Both the position numbers and the translations under genes were made by a program. Source: Octopus vulgaris (Eukaryota). Taken from it: a stretch of DNA of 64,000 nucleotides. Shown here piece by piece: positions 24,194 to 38,549 of the stretch. The stretch covers positions 30,876,001 to 30,940,000 of the forward strand of contig OX597814.1 in NCBI GenBank assembly GCA_951406725.2, in the 5' to 3' direction. Under the pieces are notes generated by a model. It searched no databases. It was given only the letters and a program-made list of their open reading frames with translations, and was not told where the DNA came from. How positions within the stretch are numbered: position 1 is the stretch's first letter; every line of letters begins with the position of its first letter.

Positions 24194-24738
24194 TGTTGCC
24201 ACTCGTTTCAAATACACAATCATACAGTCGGAAGCTTGAATATCAATAACAAAGGAGGACTTCCAACCGTGTTTCGTGGTCTGCTACCACAACAGCTCCT
24301 TTATAGGACCCAGTTAGCTCAAGACATCATCAGGAGGAACCCCGTCCAGTTTCGGCCCCTACTCCTCTACCGTTTTGACGTGGCGGGGCCCTCCTTTCGG
24401 AGGTGTCTTCAGCTCTGGTGTTGGGTGCATGTCTTCTTTCTTCTTTCTTCTGTTCCCTGGCCTCTTCGATGTAGCGTCAGCGAGTGTCAGCGGGCGACTG
24501 ACTGACTAGTCAAATTTTTTCCTTTTAAATACCTGCTGCTACGCTCCAGCAGGCAGCCCCTGGAAGTTGTCACGTGACACTGTCTCAAATTTAACTGACC
24601 AATGAACGTCGCCTGTTAGTCAGCGAAGCTAATTCAGTGTCAGCTTGTCTCACCAAGTGATGTTATTTTCCGCCGGCATGCTATGACTTTCAAGCCATTT
24701 TTGGTCTTTTCGCTTCAGCCATATCGCTAGTTGCGACA
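24194..24738 (-). mobile_element. Solo-LTR-like element (TG...CA termini) with core promoter
   Basis: Imperfect 12 bp terminal inverted repeats tgttgccactcg / ctagttgcgaca; higher GC than flanks; no clear TSD. Confidence 0.5.
24496..24603 (-). promoter_or_regulatory. Pol II core-promoter-like arrangement
   Basis: CCAAT at 24599-24603, palindromic E-box tgtcacgtgaca at 24568-24579, TATTTAAAA from 24531, TCAGTC initiators 28 and 32 nt downstream. Confidence 0.5.
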
Positions 24739-25908
24739 ATCAAACAAGTAGTTTTTCCTATTGATAATTACTGCGAGCTGACTGGGCACGTGCAGTACCA
24801 AACAGAGGAAGAAACAGCAAATACGAACCCTAGGTGAATGAAGAGGTAACCTGTGTAGAACGCTTCATGTGAAGTTGTGAAAATTATTTCAATGGTTTCG
24901 GACTCTCCTGGAGAAGCAGCACAGAGTCTTAGAGGTTCATCCGCTCTATTACCTGAAGAAACACATGTATTGTGTGTATTTTGCTTTACGATAAATGGCT
25001 GTCAAGCATCTATAGTGTCTTGTAATACTATCGTATTGGATGAGTGTAGCGCCATGAAAATGATGGTAATGATACCGATCTATGTGATTCTGTGTTAATA
25101 CTACTATAGTGAAATAAATTATGTTGTATATCTTACACGCTGAATTTTTTATTGTCATCAACACCGCACACTGCGTTTGCGTCTCCACCAGAAGACATGC
25201 CACTAAAGATTTACAAACACATCTGGTAAAGAACTAACGAATGTGTCAAGTGTTGAGAACTGTTACTCTAGCCGTTCCTCACACCCACACATAATTTTTG
25301 TCTGTTTATTGTTGTCGCTTGTGGTAAACTGAAAAAAAATTCACTTATCAAACGATATTTGATACCGGTGACAACGTAATACTGACCGACCATTCTGAGA
25401 ATATTTCGTCCAGCTATTGTTAGATATTGTCTTCTCAATTCTTTATGTTCTCAGTCTCCTTCCCTCCTCTTCATTCTTCTTCTTCGTATTTTTCTTCTTC
25501 ACCCTTCCCATATGATCTCTATATTAATTCTTCCTTTTATAACCATACTTTTATTTGCGTTTTGCTTCTTCCCGATGTAAACAAGAAACAATGTCACAAT
25601 GCATGAGAGCACCTATGAAGCAAGTCTGATGAAGTGCCACTCTAATATCAAAAACCTCGAATACTATGTAAATGTTCACTTCGAATATCGCGTAAATTGG
25701 CGTTGCAAGCAGAGTTAGTACACAAACAATCGTAACTGATCGTTAAAGATGTGTTGAAATATTTCTTTGTCTTAATATTTGGATTATACTTTACTCTTCG
25801 CTACACCAAGATTTTCTACGTCTGAAGAATTTCGGTATTAGTCTGGAATTTGACAGTGGTGATAGCCCAAAGACGGATTGACTGCTTCTCTGGAAATACC
25901 CTACACGA

Positions 25909-25953
<45 letters not shown>

Positions 25954-25977
25954 GTATATATATACATATATACATGT

Positions 25978-26135
25978 AGACGCAGGAGTGGCTGTGTGGT
26001 AAGTAGCTTGCTTACCAGCCACATGGTTCTGGCACCTTGGTCAAGTGTCTTCTACTATAGGCCGACCAAGGCCTTGTGAGACGATTTTGGTAGACAGAAA
26101 GTGAAAGACGCCTGTCGTATATATGTATATTTATA

Positions 26136-26210
<75 letters not shown>

Positions 26211-26425
26211 TTGTGTGTCTGTGCTTGTCCCCTCCAACATCGCTTGACAACCGATGCTGGTGTGTTTACGTCCCCGTAACATAGCGGTTCGGCAAAAGAT
26301 ACCGATAGAATAAGTACTAGGCTTACAAAGAATAAGTCCTGGGGTCGATTTGCTCAACTAAAGGCAGTGCTCCAGCATGGCTGTAATCAAATGACTAAAA
26401 AAAGTAAACGAGTAAAAGAGTAAAG
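25978..26425 (+). mobile_element. SINE family A (B-box region deleted)
   Basis: Aligns to the other copies. Confidence 0.88.
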
Positions 26426-26943
26426 AGTATATATACACACACATATACATATATGTGTGTGTGTATACATAAACATATACATTTAACAGAAGAACACAAG
26501 TGGGGGTTTTAAATTCACGACAGATGTTTCGGCAGCATTTTATTGATGCGTTCATGCATTCTTTGATTACACGGCAAAAAATTTTTTATCCTCTGGTTAT
26601 TTTTAGCTGAGGAGGTAAGGCGTAAAATATAAGTCGACTTGCTTCAAAGCTATTTGTTTAAAAAATCACCTGGAGATGGCGGATTCTTGCCATGAAGTAA
26701 TTCTAAAAGGCTGCCGAAATCTAAAATGTTGCGAATTTTGAACTCCACTTGTGCTCGTCTTGTATATATACGCTGCTATGAGAACCATCTCTGAGTAGGA
26801 TCTACAGTTTGTACTGATTGAGTATCAACGTGTGTATATATACATTTGTCTATGCGTACTTGTATATAAATAGATGTGTAAGCGTATATTGCTAACTTAC
26901 AGTATATAACCAGCAAATGATTAGAACCTACAGGCAAAATTAT

Positions 26944-27779
26944 AGTCACAATGTTACAGAGGGTACTGACTAGCACCGCTTTTTCTAAAAAAATAAGGTT
27001 GTAAACAACTCAAAGCCACAAAAGCATTGTCTTAATGACTGACAAAGTGAGGTAAGTCTCCAGCATACATAGTCGGATCGCGATTTCGGATTTTGATATA
27101 TATTTCTTTACTACCCACAAGGGGCTAAACAAGGACAGACAAACGGATTAAGTCGATTATATCGACCCCAGTGCGTAACTGGTACTTAATTTATCGACCT
27201 CGAAAGGATGAAAGGCAAAGTCGACCTCGGCGGAATTTGAACTCAGAACGTAACGGCAGACGAAATACGGCTACGCATTCCGCCTGGCGTGCTAACGTTT
27301 CTGCCAGCTCGCCGCCTTTATCGGATTTTGATATAGACCACCTTAATCCTCATCAGCGACTCTTAACGCTTAGGGTTAAACTCAACTAACCCTGTTAGTC
27401 TTATAAGAAAATCCAATGAAAACGCGCTGATTTTCAAAAGTGTAAATTAAAATTTACAAAAAATTAAAAAGGGTAGCTTATTAGTAATTAGCACCTAAAG
27501 GCAAATTGAATTGAAGTTTTTCTTATAAGACCAACAGAGGTGGTTCTTATAAGACCGAGAGAAGTAGTTGACTTTTAACCCTAGGCGTTAAGAGTCGCTA
27601 ATGAGGATTAAGATGCTCTTGATCAAAATCCGAAAGCGCGATCCGACTATGACGCTGGGGACTTACCTCCCTTTGTCAGTCATTAAGACAGTAAGTACCT
27701 TTGTGGCTTTCGAGTTGTTTTAACTCTTATTTTCAGCAAAAGCGGTGATAGTCAGTACCTTCTGTCACTTTTGTGACCA
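26944..27779. mobile_element. Foldback/MITE-like element with ~230 bp imperfect inverted arms
   Basis: 26944-27100 plus 27336-27410 mirror 27520-27779; the left arm is split by a SINE B. Confidence 0.8.
27103..27318 (-). mobile_element. SINE family B, young copy
   Basis: 15 bp TSD tcggattttgatata at 27086-27100 and 27321-27335. Confidence 0.92.
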
Positions 27780-27955
<176 letters not shown>

Positions 27956-28504
27956 AAATAGTTATTTATGTATGCAAATTATATAATTATTTACTGTGAG
28001 CTGAATTGTAAGACGAGTAAACAATATTTCGATCTCCATGTACATTTCCGTATATCAGGACACTCTCAAAATAAAAAAAAAGGCTGTAAAGAGTACACAT
28101 ACTGTAGTCCGAGTTTTATTTGATTGGATTCTTTCGTTGAAATTCTATAATTGAAAAGGTCACTCAGTACATGTAGAAACCAAGGCTATGCAGGAGACCA
28201 AACTCACCTTTTTGTTTTGATTTACCTATATTGATATATCATCTGTGAGGATCACGATAGCTATTTGTACTCCTCTAACCAAAGCATATTGAATTTACTT
28301 CACTTAATCCAGAAAGGAAAGCTCATTGTATTAAGACGTACAACAAAGATTAAAAGAGATGATTATCTACCTGCACATTCTACACTTAATATTTCTTCTA
28401 GAGAGCAGTGCTTTACGAGGTAACTGACTCAGGTAGATAAACTATGAAATATTCCTAGGAGAATTATTATTTCTATCGTTTAAAAATTAAACAGAATGAT
28501 TACT

Positions 28505-28917
28505 CTTACTCTTTACTCTTTTACTTGTTTCAGTCATTTGACTGCGACCATGCTGGAGCACCACCTTTAGTCGAGCAACTCGACCCCGGGACTTATTCTT
28601 TTGTAAGCCCAGTACTTATTCTATCGGTCTTTTTTGCCGAACCGCTAAGTAACGGGGACATAAACACACCAGCATCGGTTGTCAAGCAATGCTAGGGGGA
28701 CAAACACAGACACACAAAACACACACACACACATATATATATATACATATATACGACGGGCTTCTTTCAGTTTCCGTCTACCAAATCCACTCACAAGGCA
28801 TTGGTCGGCCCGGCGCTATAGCAGAAGACACTTGCCCAAGATGCCACGCAGTGGGACTGAACCCACAACCATGTGGTTGGTTAGCAAGCTACTTACCACA
28901 CAGTCACTCCTGCGCCT
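28505..28917 (-). mobile_element. SINE family A, full length
   Basis: Near-identical in reverse to 32876-33267. Confidence 0.92.
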
Positions 28918-29818
28918 ATATATTACATAATATAGTTGGAAATATATTTTATTATCCGAACAGAGGACATGCTATAGCATATGACCCTACCCTGATCATT
29001 AGTTTGCTTGCATAGGGATGAGTTCCAGATAAACAATGAGAATATGTAATTTTAATCAGTTAACTTAAATTATGACAATATATATAAATGTCAACTTAAT
29101 GAGTTCACTCATAACATTTGCTACAATTCCAAAGATATATTTTTCGGCAATATTTTCCCATATCTTTGAGCAGATCGAACTGTATCAGAATATTCTGTGA
29201 TATTCACTTGAATTCACTTTTCAATTTTTGACGCCATAAACACACACACACACACACGGAAGTGAAGCTAGTTTTAAGATTTAGATATATATATATAATA
29301 AAAATGTTTATGAACGCGTACGACAATAGTCTGGTATCGATGATGTATAAATATAGTTTGTTGATATAATTGTACAAAACAGCTTGGAGTAATTACATAA
29401 ATATGACTTGTTGAAATGATTATATAAAAATAGTGTTTTGATGAAATATACCAAATTACTTTAAATATCACTCCAAGAGGTAGGTGGGAATAGACGTTGC
29501 TGATAAAGAATAGAAATTATTAGCTGAATTTGAATGGAAAAATTTGATTAAAAGTGACAAAACACTGTAATACTTGTCGAAGTAAGACCGTGTATTTAAG
29601 CAGCAGCTGTAGATGTTTGAGGCTATAAGCATTTTAGTATTGTGGAATTACTAAAATGAAATTTTAGCCTGTGAGATAGGTTTTAATTAGAAAAGAACAA
29701 CAACGACACCGACAACAACAACTTTTCATTCAACAAGTACGATTTGATTTCTGTCGGAAGACGTTAAAATATTCATGAGACGAGATATGAATGCAAAATT
29801 ACGTACGACACTCTGTGT

Positions 29819-29875
<57 letters not shown>

Positions 29876-30346
29876 CGTCAAGCCTAGAAGGACAAAGGCA
29901 AATTTGTTCAGGTGAAATATGAAGTTGATATTGCTAACAGACGTCAAACTTGTCAACTAACTGATATCAAATATAAACTTATTGTCTATTTGTTACATTA
30001 CCTCATTCAGCAAGCGAAATAAATGCTGATTATATAGGAAACATAAAACTTTATAACAGAATGAATAACCTATTAAAAACATGACCGTGTAATTGTGACT
30101 GGACATGAAGTAAAGATTACGTGGTAAGGACTAAAGCAGACTGAAACGATCTTAGCTCTTTTAGGAGCTGGGATGAAAGGCTAAAACAAATCCTATTATG
30201 AAGTGAATGTGGACTGAGATTCAATTATATAAACGAATAAGCTTCCTTATCACATTCCAATAAGAAACGTCAGAGTCAGTTTACGTAGAGAGGAGATGAA
30301 TGAGAATGAGTAGCTCATGCTGAAGCTAATATAAATATATACTAAG

Positions 30347-31145
30347 TGGGCGAGCTGGCAGAAGTGTTAGCACGCCGGGCGAAATGCGTAGCCGTATTTC
30401 GTCTGCCGTTACGTTCTGAGTTCAAATTCCGCCGTGGTCGACTTTGCCTTTCATGCTTTCGGGGTCTATAAATTAAGTACTAGCTACGCACTGGGTTCGA
30501 TGTAATCGAATTAATCCGTTTGTCTCTCCTTGTTTGTCCTCTCTGTGTTTAGCCCTTGTGGGCAGTAAAGAAATAGAAAGAGGTACTTGGTCTGCCGTTA
30601 CGTTCTGAGTTCAAATTCCGCCGAGGTCGACTTTGCCTTTCATCCTTTCAGGGTCGATTAAATAAGTACCAGTTATGCACTGGGGTCGATATAATCGATT
30701 TGATCCGTTTGTCTGTCCTTGTTTATCTTCTCTGTGTTTAGCCCCTTGTGGGTAGTAAAGAAATAGGTATTTCTTCTGCCGATACATTCTAAGTTCAAAT
30801 TCCGCCGAGGTCAACTTTGCCTTTCATCCTTTCGGGGTCGATAAATTAAGTACCAGCTACGCACTTGGGGTCAATGTAACCGACTTAATCCCTTTGTCTG
30901 TCCTTGTTTGTCCCCTCTATGTTTAGCCCCTTGTGGGCAATAAAGAAAGAAGAATCGTTAGCACGTCGAACAAAATGCTTTGCGGCATTTCGTCCGTCAG
31001 TGCGTTCTGAGTTCATAATCCATCGAGATCGACTTTCTCTTTCATCCTTTTGGAGCCGATAAAATGAGTAGCAGTTGAGCACGCAGATCAATATAATCGA
31101 TTTACCCCCTCCCCGAAATTGCTGGCCTCGTGCAAAAATTTAAAC
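30347..31145 (+). mobile_element. Head-to-tail array of four SINE B units
   Basis: Units start at ~30347, 30590, 30767 and 30951; units 2-4 are 5'-truncated. Confidence 0.9.
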
Positions 31146-31464
31146 CAGTTCACTCTGGTATATATTATTAATGAAAAATTAAATCTATTGAAAATATCAG
31201 CAACAATGTCTGAAGAAGTTGAAGTACATAAACCAACGTTAAAATTGCACCAGTTGTCAGTATTCAGCATAGCTTAAGCATAAGGCATTTCAGATAGAAA
31301 TACAACAAAAGACAGGATAATACAAATTGAACGTGAGACCATGTTGTAGCATAGGGTGAGTTATTATTGGTTGTAAATGAAATTCGCTTACATTTATTGA
31401 AGGTTTTAAAATACATATTAAATAATATATACAGCAATTTGGAAATAGGCCACTTAGTAACAAT

Positions 31465-32121
31465 TCTTTCTACAATAGGCACAAGGCCTGACATTTTGGG
31501 GAAAGGGGCTAGATTTTTACATCGATCACAATGCATAACTGGTATTATTTCTATCGACCCTAAAAGGGTGATAGGTAAAGTCGACCTCAGCGATATTTGA
31601 ACTCAGAACGTAGAAACGAAAGAAATGCCGCTAAGAATTTTGTCCGGCGTGCAAACGATTCTGCCAGCTCACCGCCTTTGCTACCGAATAATAATCCTTT
31701 CTACTATAGACACAAGACTTGCAATTCTTTGCGTGTAGGTGGGGGGGAATAGTCAATTACATCGACCCCAGTATTCAACTTGTTTCACCGACCACGAAAA
31801 AATGAAAGACAAAATCGACCTCTGCAGAATTTGAACTCATGACGTAAAAGCGAACGAAATACTGCTAAGCATTTCGCCTGGCGTGCTAACGTTTCTGCCA
31901 GCTTACCGTCTTATGCTACCAAATTTTGGCACTAGTTCAGAAAATCGGGAGCGGGAATAAGTCGATTACATCGACCCTAGTACTCAACTGGTACTTATTT
32001 TATTAACCCCGAAAGGATGAAAGTCGAAATCGGCGGAATTTAAACTGAGAATGTAACGACGAACGAAATGCCGCTAAAATTGTACTAGGCGTGCTGACAA
32101 TTCTGTCAGCTCGCCGCCTTA
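31465..32121 (-). mobile_element. Array of three SINE B units (shorter-tail subfamily)
   Basis: Units at ~31465-31678, 31695-31912 and 31920-32121. Confidence 0.88.
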
Positions 32122-32755
32122 TACTGCATATTAACAAAAGCAATAAGAATAGATCACGGGTTAGAGCCATCATCATGGCGATTTATTTTCTTTTTTCTAT
32201 AACGTTTCTCCACCCACAGACATTTTCACATTTCTTTATAAAATTACAAAATTACACATAGACGTCATTGGTACAAGTATTCTAGACACTCTCAGCATAT
32301 TGAAGGTTTTGAATTTTCGTATCTTAAAAGAATTTTGAATCTATTTGAAACTTTAAAGAAAGTAGCATTCAAAACACGCTGTGAATTGACTGAATTGTTA
32401 AACAACAATGGGGACCCATATAAAAGTCTAACATTTCAGTCTCCTAGCATTCAACACGCAGAAGGGGGTAACTGCTAGAATCCAAGACATACAAGAGGAT
32501 CAACAGAGTTACACTAATAAGAAAGTCAGACACACGATTCCTAGTCACTTATTCTCATACTCAACGAGGACCAGATCGCGAAATACACATATATATAGGT
32601 ACATTTCTTTTCGAATTGGCATATACGCATGTATTCATCCATCCATCCATCCATCTGTCCATCCATCCATCGATCCATCCATCGATCCATCCAACCATCC
32701 ATCCTCTCTCTCCCTCCCTCCCTCACTTTCTTTCTCTCTCTCTCCTTCTGTATAT

Positions 32756-32792
<37 letters not shown>

Positions 32793-32875
32793 AGTTAAAT
32801 TAGAGATAAAACCACTATTAGGCAAATCAAACAATGAAAAACATAAACTAAAACATAAAAATAAAAATAATTAAT

Positions 32876-33267
32876 AGGAGTGGCTGTGTGGTAAGTAGCT
32901 TGCTTACCAACCACATGGTTCCGGGTTCACTCCCACTGCGTGGCACCTTGGGCAAGTGTCTTCTACTATAGCCTCGGGCTGACCAAAGCCTTGTGAGTGG
33001 ATTTGGTAGACGGAAACTGAAAGAAGCCCGTCGTATATATGTATATATATATATGTGTGTTTGTTTGTGTGTCTGTGTTTGTCCCCCTAGCATTGCTTGA
33101 CAACCGATGCTGGTGTGTTTATGTCCCCGTTACTTAGCAGTTCGGCAAATGAGACCGATAGAATAAGTACTGGGCTTACAAAAGAATAAGTCCCGGGGTC
33201 GAGTTGCTCGATTAAAGGCGGTGCTCCAGCATGGCCGCAGTCAAATGACTGAAACAAGTAAAAGAGA
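32876..33267 (+). mobile_element. SINE family A, inserted in a PLE pseudo-LTR remnant
   Basis: A box tggctgtgtgg, B box ggttcactccc; left flank 32793-32875 is homologous to the 6281-6458 module. Confidence 0.92.
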
Positions 33268-33462
33268 TAATATACAAAATATATAAAATATAAAATTAAA
33301 AAATTTAATTTATTTAAATTTAAAATTAAAATTATTAATTTATATTTATAAATTTTTTATTTTATAATTTTTTTTTTATTTTTTAAAATAAAAAAAAAAT
33401 TTCTTTAAATTAAATATATATAACTATCAAAAAGTATTAAAAAGTTTAATATAAGATAAAAG

Positions 33463-33517
<55 letters not shown>

Positions 33518-33585
33518 AATAATTAATAATATCAAAGGCTAATCAGAAATATTAGAAATTTCTATTACCGGTGGCCTAGTCAATA

Positions 33586-33969
33586 AAAGACCCCCTTCGG
33601 TCATGAGTGACCATGGGTTTGCACCTAGAGAGTTACCCTCTGAGGCACAAGTCTGGGCAATGTTGTTTTATGGAAGACCAGTAGTCGCCCATGTATACCG
33701 GCCTCCCCTCTCCACGCCACCGATGTTGTCCAAGGGAAAGACAAAGGTCGATACAGCTTGGCACCTGTGACGTCGCAACTCATTTCTACAGCTGAGTGAA
33801 CTGGAGCAACGTGAAATAAAGTGTCTTGCTCAAGAACACAACACGCAGCCCGGTCCGGGATTCGAGCTCACAACCTCACGATCGTAAGCTCGACGCTCTA
33901 ACCACTGAGCCATGCGCCTTCTAACCACTGAGCTCTAACCACTGCGCTCTAACCACAAGCCATGCGCCT
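33586..33969 (-). mobile_element. SINE family D (tRNA-derived head, RTE-like tail)
   Basis: A box tggctcagtgg, B box gctcgaatccc; 12 bp TSD gcctagtcaata at 33574-33585 and 33966-33977. Confidence 0.88.
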
Positions 33970-34089
33970 AGTCAATAGACTATATATTATTCCTATAATA
34001 TCCATCTTAGGACTCCTTGCATGCTATAGGGGACAGTTAAATTCCAAACCACTATTAGGGATGAAAATGTTTTCGTGTTTAAATGTACA

Positions 34090-34134
<45 letters not shown>

Positions 34135-34136
<2 letters not shown>

Positions 34137-34497
34137 CATTGTAAGCTACACCAATGCTAGAACGGGACGACACTGCATAGTGCCAAAGATCCCAGCAATG
34201 TCATCACGCTTCAGAACCAGCTTCTGCAACAACCTGGCTTTTTAATATTCTCCCAAAGAGTCTGAGGAACTTGCACAAAGTAGGTGTAGCGGTTTTTAAA
34301 TCAAAGCTGGACATATTCCTGTCAAGAGTCCCAGATGAACCTACCTCAATGCAAGAGGTGCAAATGAGAGTAGCTATGTCAAACTCCATTCTTCACCAAG
34401 TGCCACATATTAGACGAGGTTCGTCTTAATAACAGTGTAGCACAAAACGGCGGTGCATCAGCATGGCCGCAGCTCTGAGGCTGCAACTAGAAAAAAA
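34135..34497 (+). mobile_element. CR1-type LINE 3' end (ORF2 C-terminus plus tail)
   Basis: FNILPKSLRNLHKVGVAVFKSKLDIFLSRVPDEP...SNSILHQV, then a tail hairpin and an A-run. Confidence 0.8.
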
Positions 34498-35335
34498 TAT
34501 ATATGAATATATGCGCATAAATGTAAATATATACATATTTATAGGTGCATATACAGGCATATATCTTTACATAAACACACACGTACACACACACACATAT
34601 TTATAGAAGCACGTAATTATATGCATGTGTATATACTTGTTTGAAACAAGTATATCTATATATGTGTTGTATATTTCCTGTTGTATATTCGCTAATTCCT
34701 ATAGCTTAGTGTACAAAATATATCTGTAAAAGAAATTGTATAGAGAAAATACATCTGTAAAATGTTTCGGATAGCTTTACATATAACTTAACGAAATTTT
34801 GGTTTTCTTGGACTTTAATTTAAGATATATGTATGTACATTTGTATGTAAATATGCATGTTTATATGTGTGTATGTATATTTTAAATATATATTTAAATA
34901 TTAGTATGCTCGTATATGTATGGGTATGTAAGTATGTACGGTTCTGTGTATGAGTGTACGTGTGTGTGCGTGAATGTGTGTGTGTGTGTGTGTGCATGCG
35001 TGCGTGAACGTGTGTGTACTCTACTTAAGAAAATTTCTGGAACACGAAAGCACACAGAAAGAGGGACAGACAGAAAGAGAAAGAGAAAAAAAGACAAAAT
35101 GACACGGAAAGGGGAGAGAGAGAGAAGGGGAAGAGTGAAAGGAGGTGAAAGAGAAATAGAGAGGGGGGCGAGGAGAAAGAGAGAGAAAGAGAAGTCAAAA
35201 ATGTAATGTATTTTGCATTTTCAAATGTATGTGTGTGTTGTGTGTGTGAGTGAGTGTATGTTGAGGACATTTTTATGTATGCAAGTGTGGATAGCATAAG
35301 AAGCAAAGTAGCAGAGCATGGAACTAAATGTACAT

Positions 35336-37200
<1,865 letters not shown>

Positions 37201-38001
37201 TAGTTGCGATATACATACTAGCACTAAGAACTGAACTCAACCAATGACAGACTGGTCTTAATCGTTGAACACCTTCGAAACAAATTCTTCAATACAACAA
37301 AAGCATCGGTGGGAGTCAGAACAATTCCATGTACTAGAAAATAGAATAGAAATATTTCTAATATACATTAACGATCTAGAGAATATATTATTTCAATTTC
37401 CGTTAAAAATACGAAAATTTGTAAAGGAATATGGTAAATAAGAAAAAAATAAAAACATGATATACGATATTTTTTTAATCTTCACAATCGTGTCTTTAAC
37501 CTTAGAGAGCCTGAAGGAATCTTGTAAAATAGTCCTGTGTTCGCAGTCATCTGTACATAAGCATGCGTATTTGGTTTCCCACGTCGTATATACACTCAGA
37601 CATACATAAGTATGCATATATATATATATATATATTTATAAGTATGCTTGTGTGTATACGTACCTATGTGTACACACGGACCCGCCCCAAACACACATAT
37701 TGGAAGCATATATACAAACATACATATGTACTACAGACAACGGTGGTTTTATACAATGGTTCATGCGTTTACATGAAAGCTTACACCTTTTTTTATATAA
37801 ATAAATATATGAAATGTATGACCTTCATCTGTTTGTTTCTCTACTTCTCTGTCTCTCTCTCTTGCTCTCCTCCTCTACCTATCACTCCACGTATATCTGT
37901 GTTATTTGTATATATGTATTACAGTTTATATATATATATATATATTCTATTGTAGATATACTATATATATATATGTATTTATCTATCTATATATCTATCT
38001 A

Positions 38002-38070
<69 letters not shown>

Positions 38071-38463
38071 GAGAGACAGTGATGAGGGACGGTGAGAGAT
38101 AGATAGATGTATATATGACTGTTTTTGTGTATGAAGCATAACTATAGAAATGTTCCCATCGATGACCAGAAATTGAGTTTGATCCTGTTCTGAAGGCAAT
38201 CATGCAATTTGTTAAGAAGCTGCTGATATCGCAACATGTTTTTGTGCAATATAAAAGAAGCGCTAGAGCTGCAAAGAAAAATCGGAAGCCTTGCTAATTG
38301 GTTTGAAGTTTAAAAACACCTGATTTTTACTTGATGTCACGTTAGCTGAAAGGAAAAATCTTTTGCAAAAAAAACATGTACAGTTCACCTATGCATCACA
38401 GAAGGGAGTTTCGTTGGAAAAGCCCTTTTGTTGTAATAATACGACAACGTGCGCTCGTGTGTT

Positions 38464-38549
<86 letters not shown>

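Noticed and set aside
30347-31145. CRISPR-like or satellite array
   Set aside because: Units are ~180-230 bp SINE copies with no unique spacers, in a eukaryotic context.
32415-32605. TATA box (tataaaag) with a possible first exon ending at ag|gtacat
   Set aside because: The best initiator match is too close, such motifs are common in AT-rich DNA, and no downstream coding exon was found.
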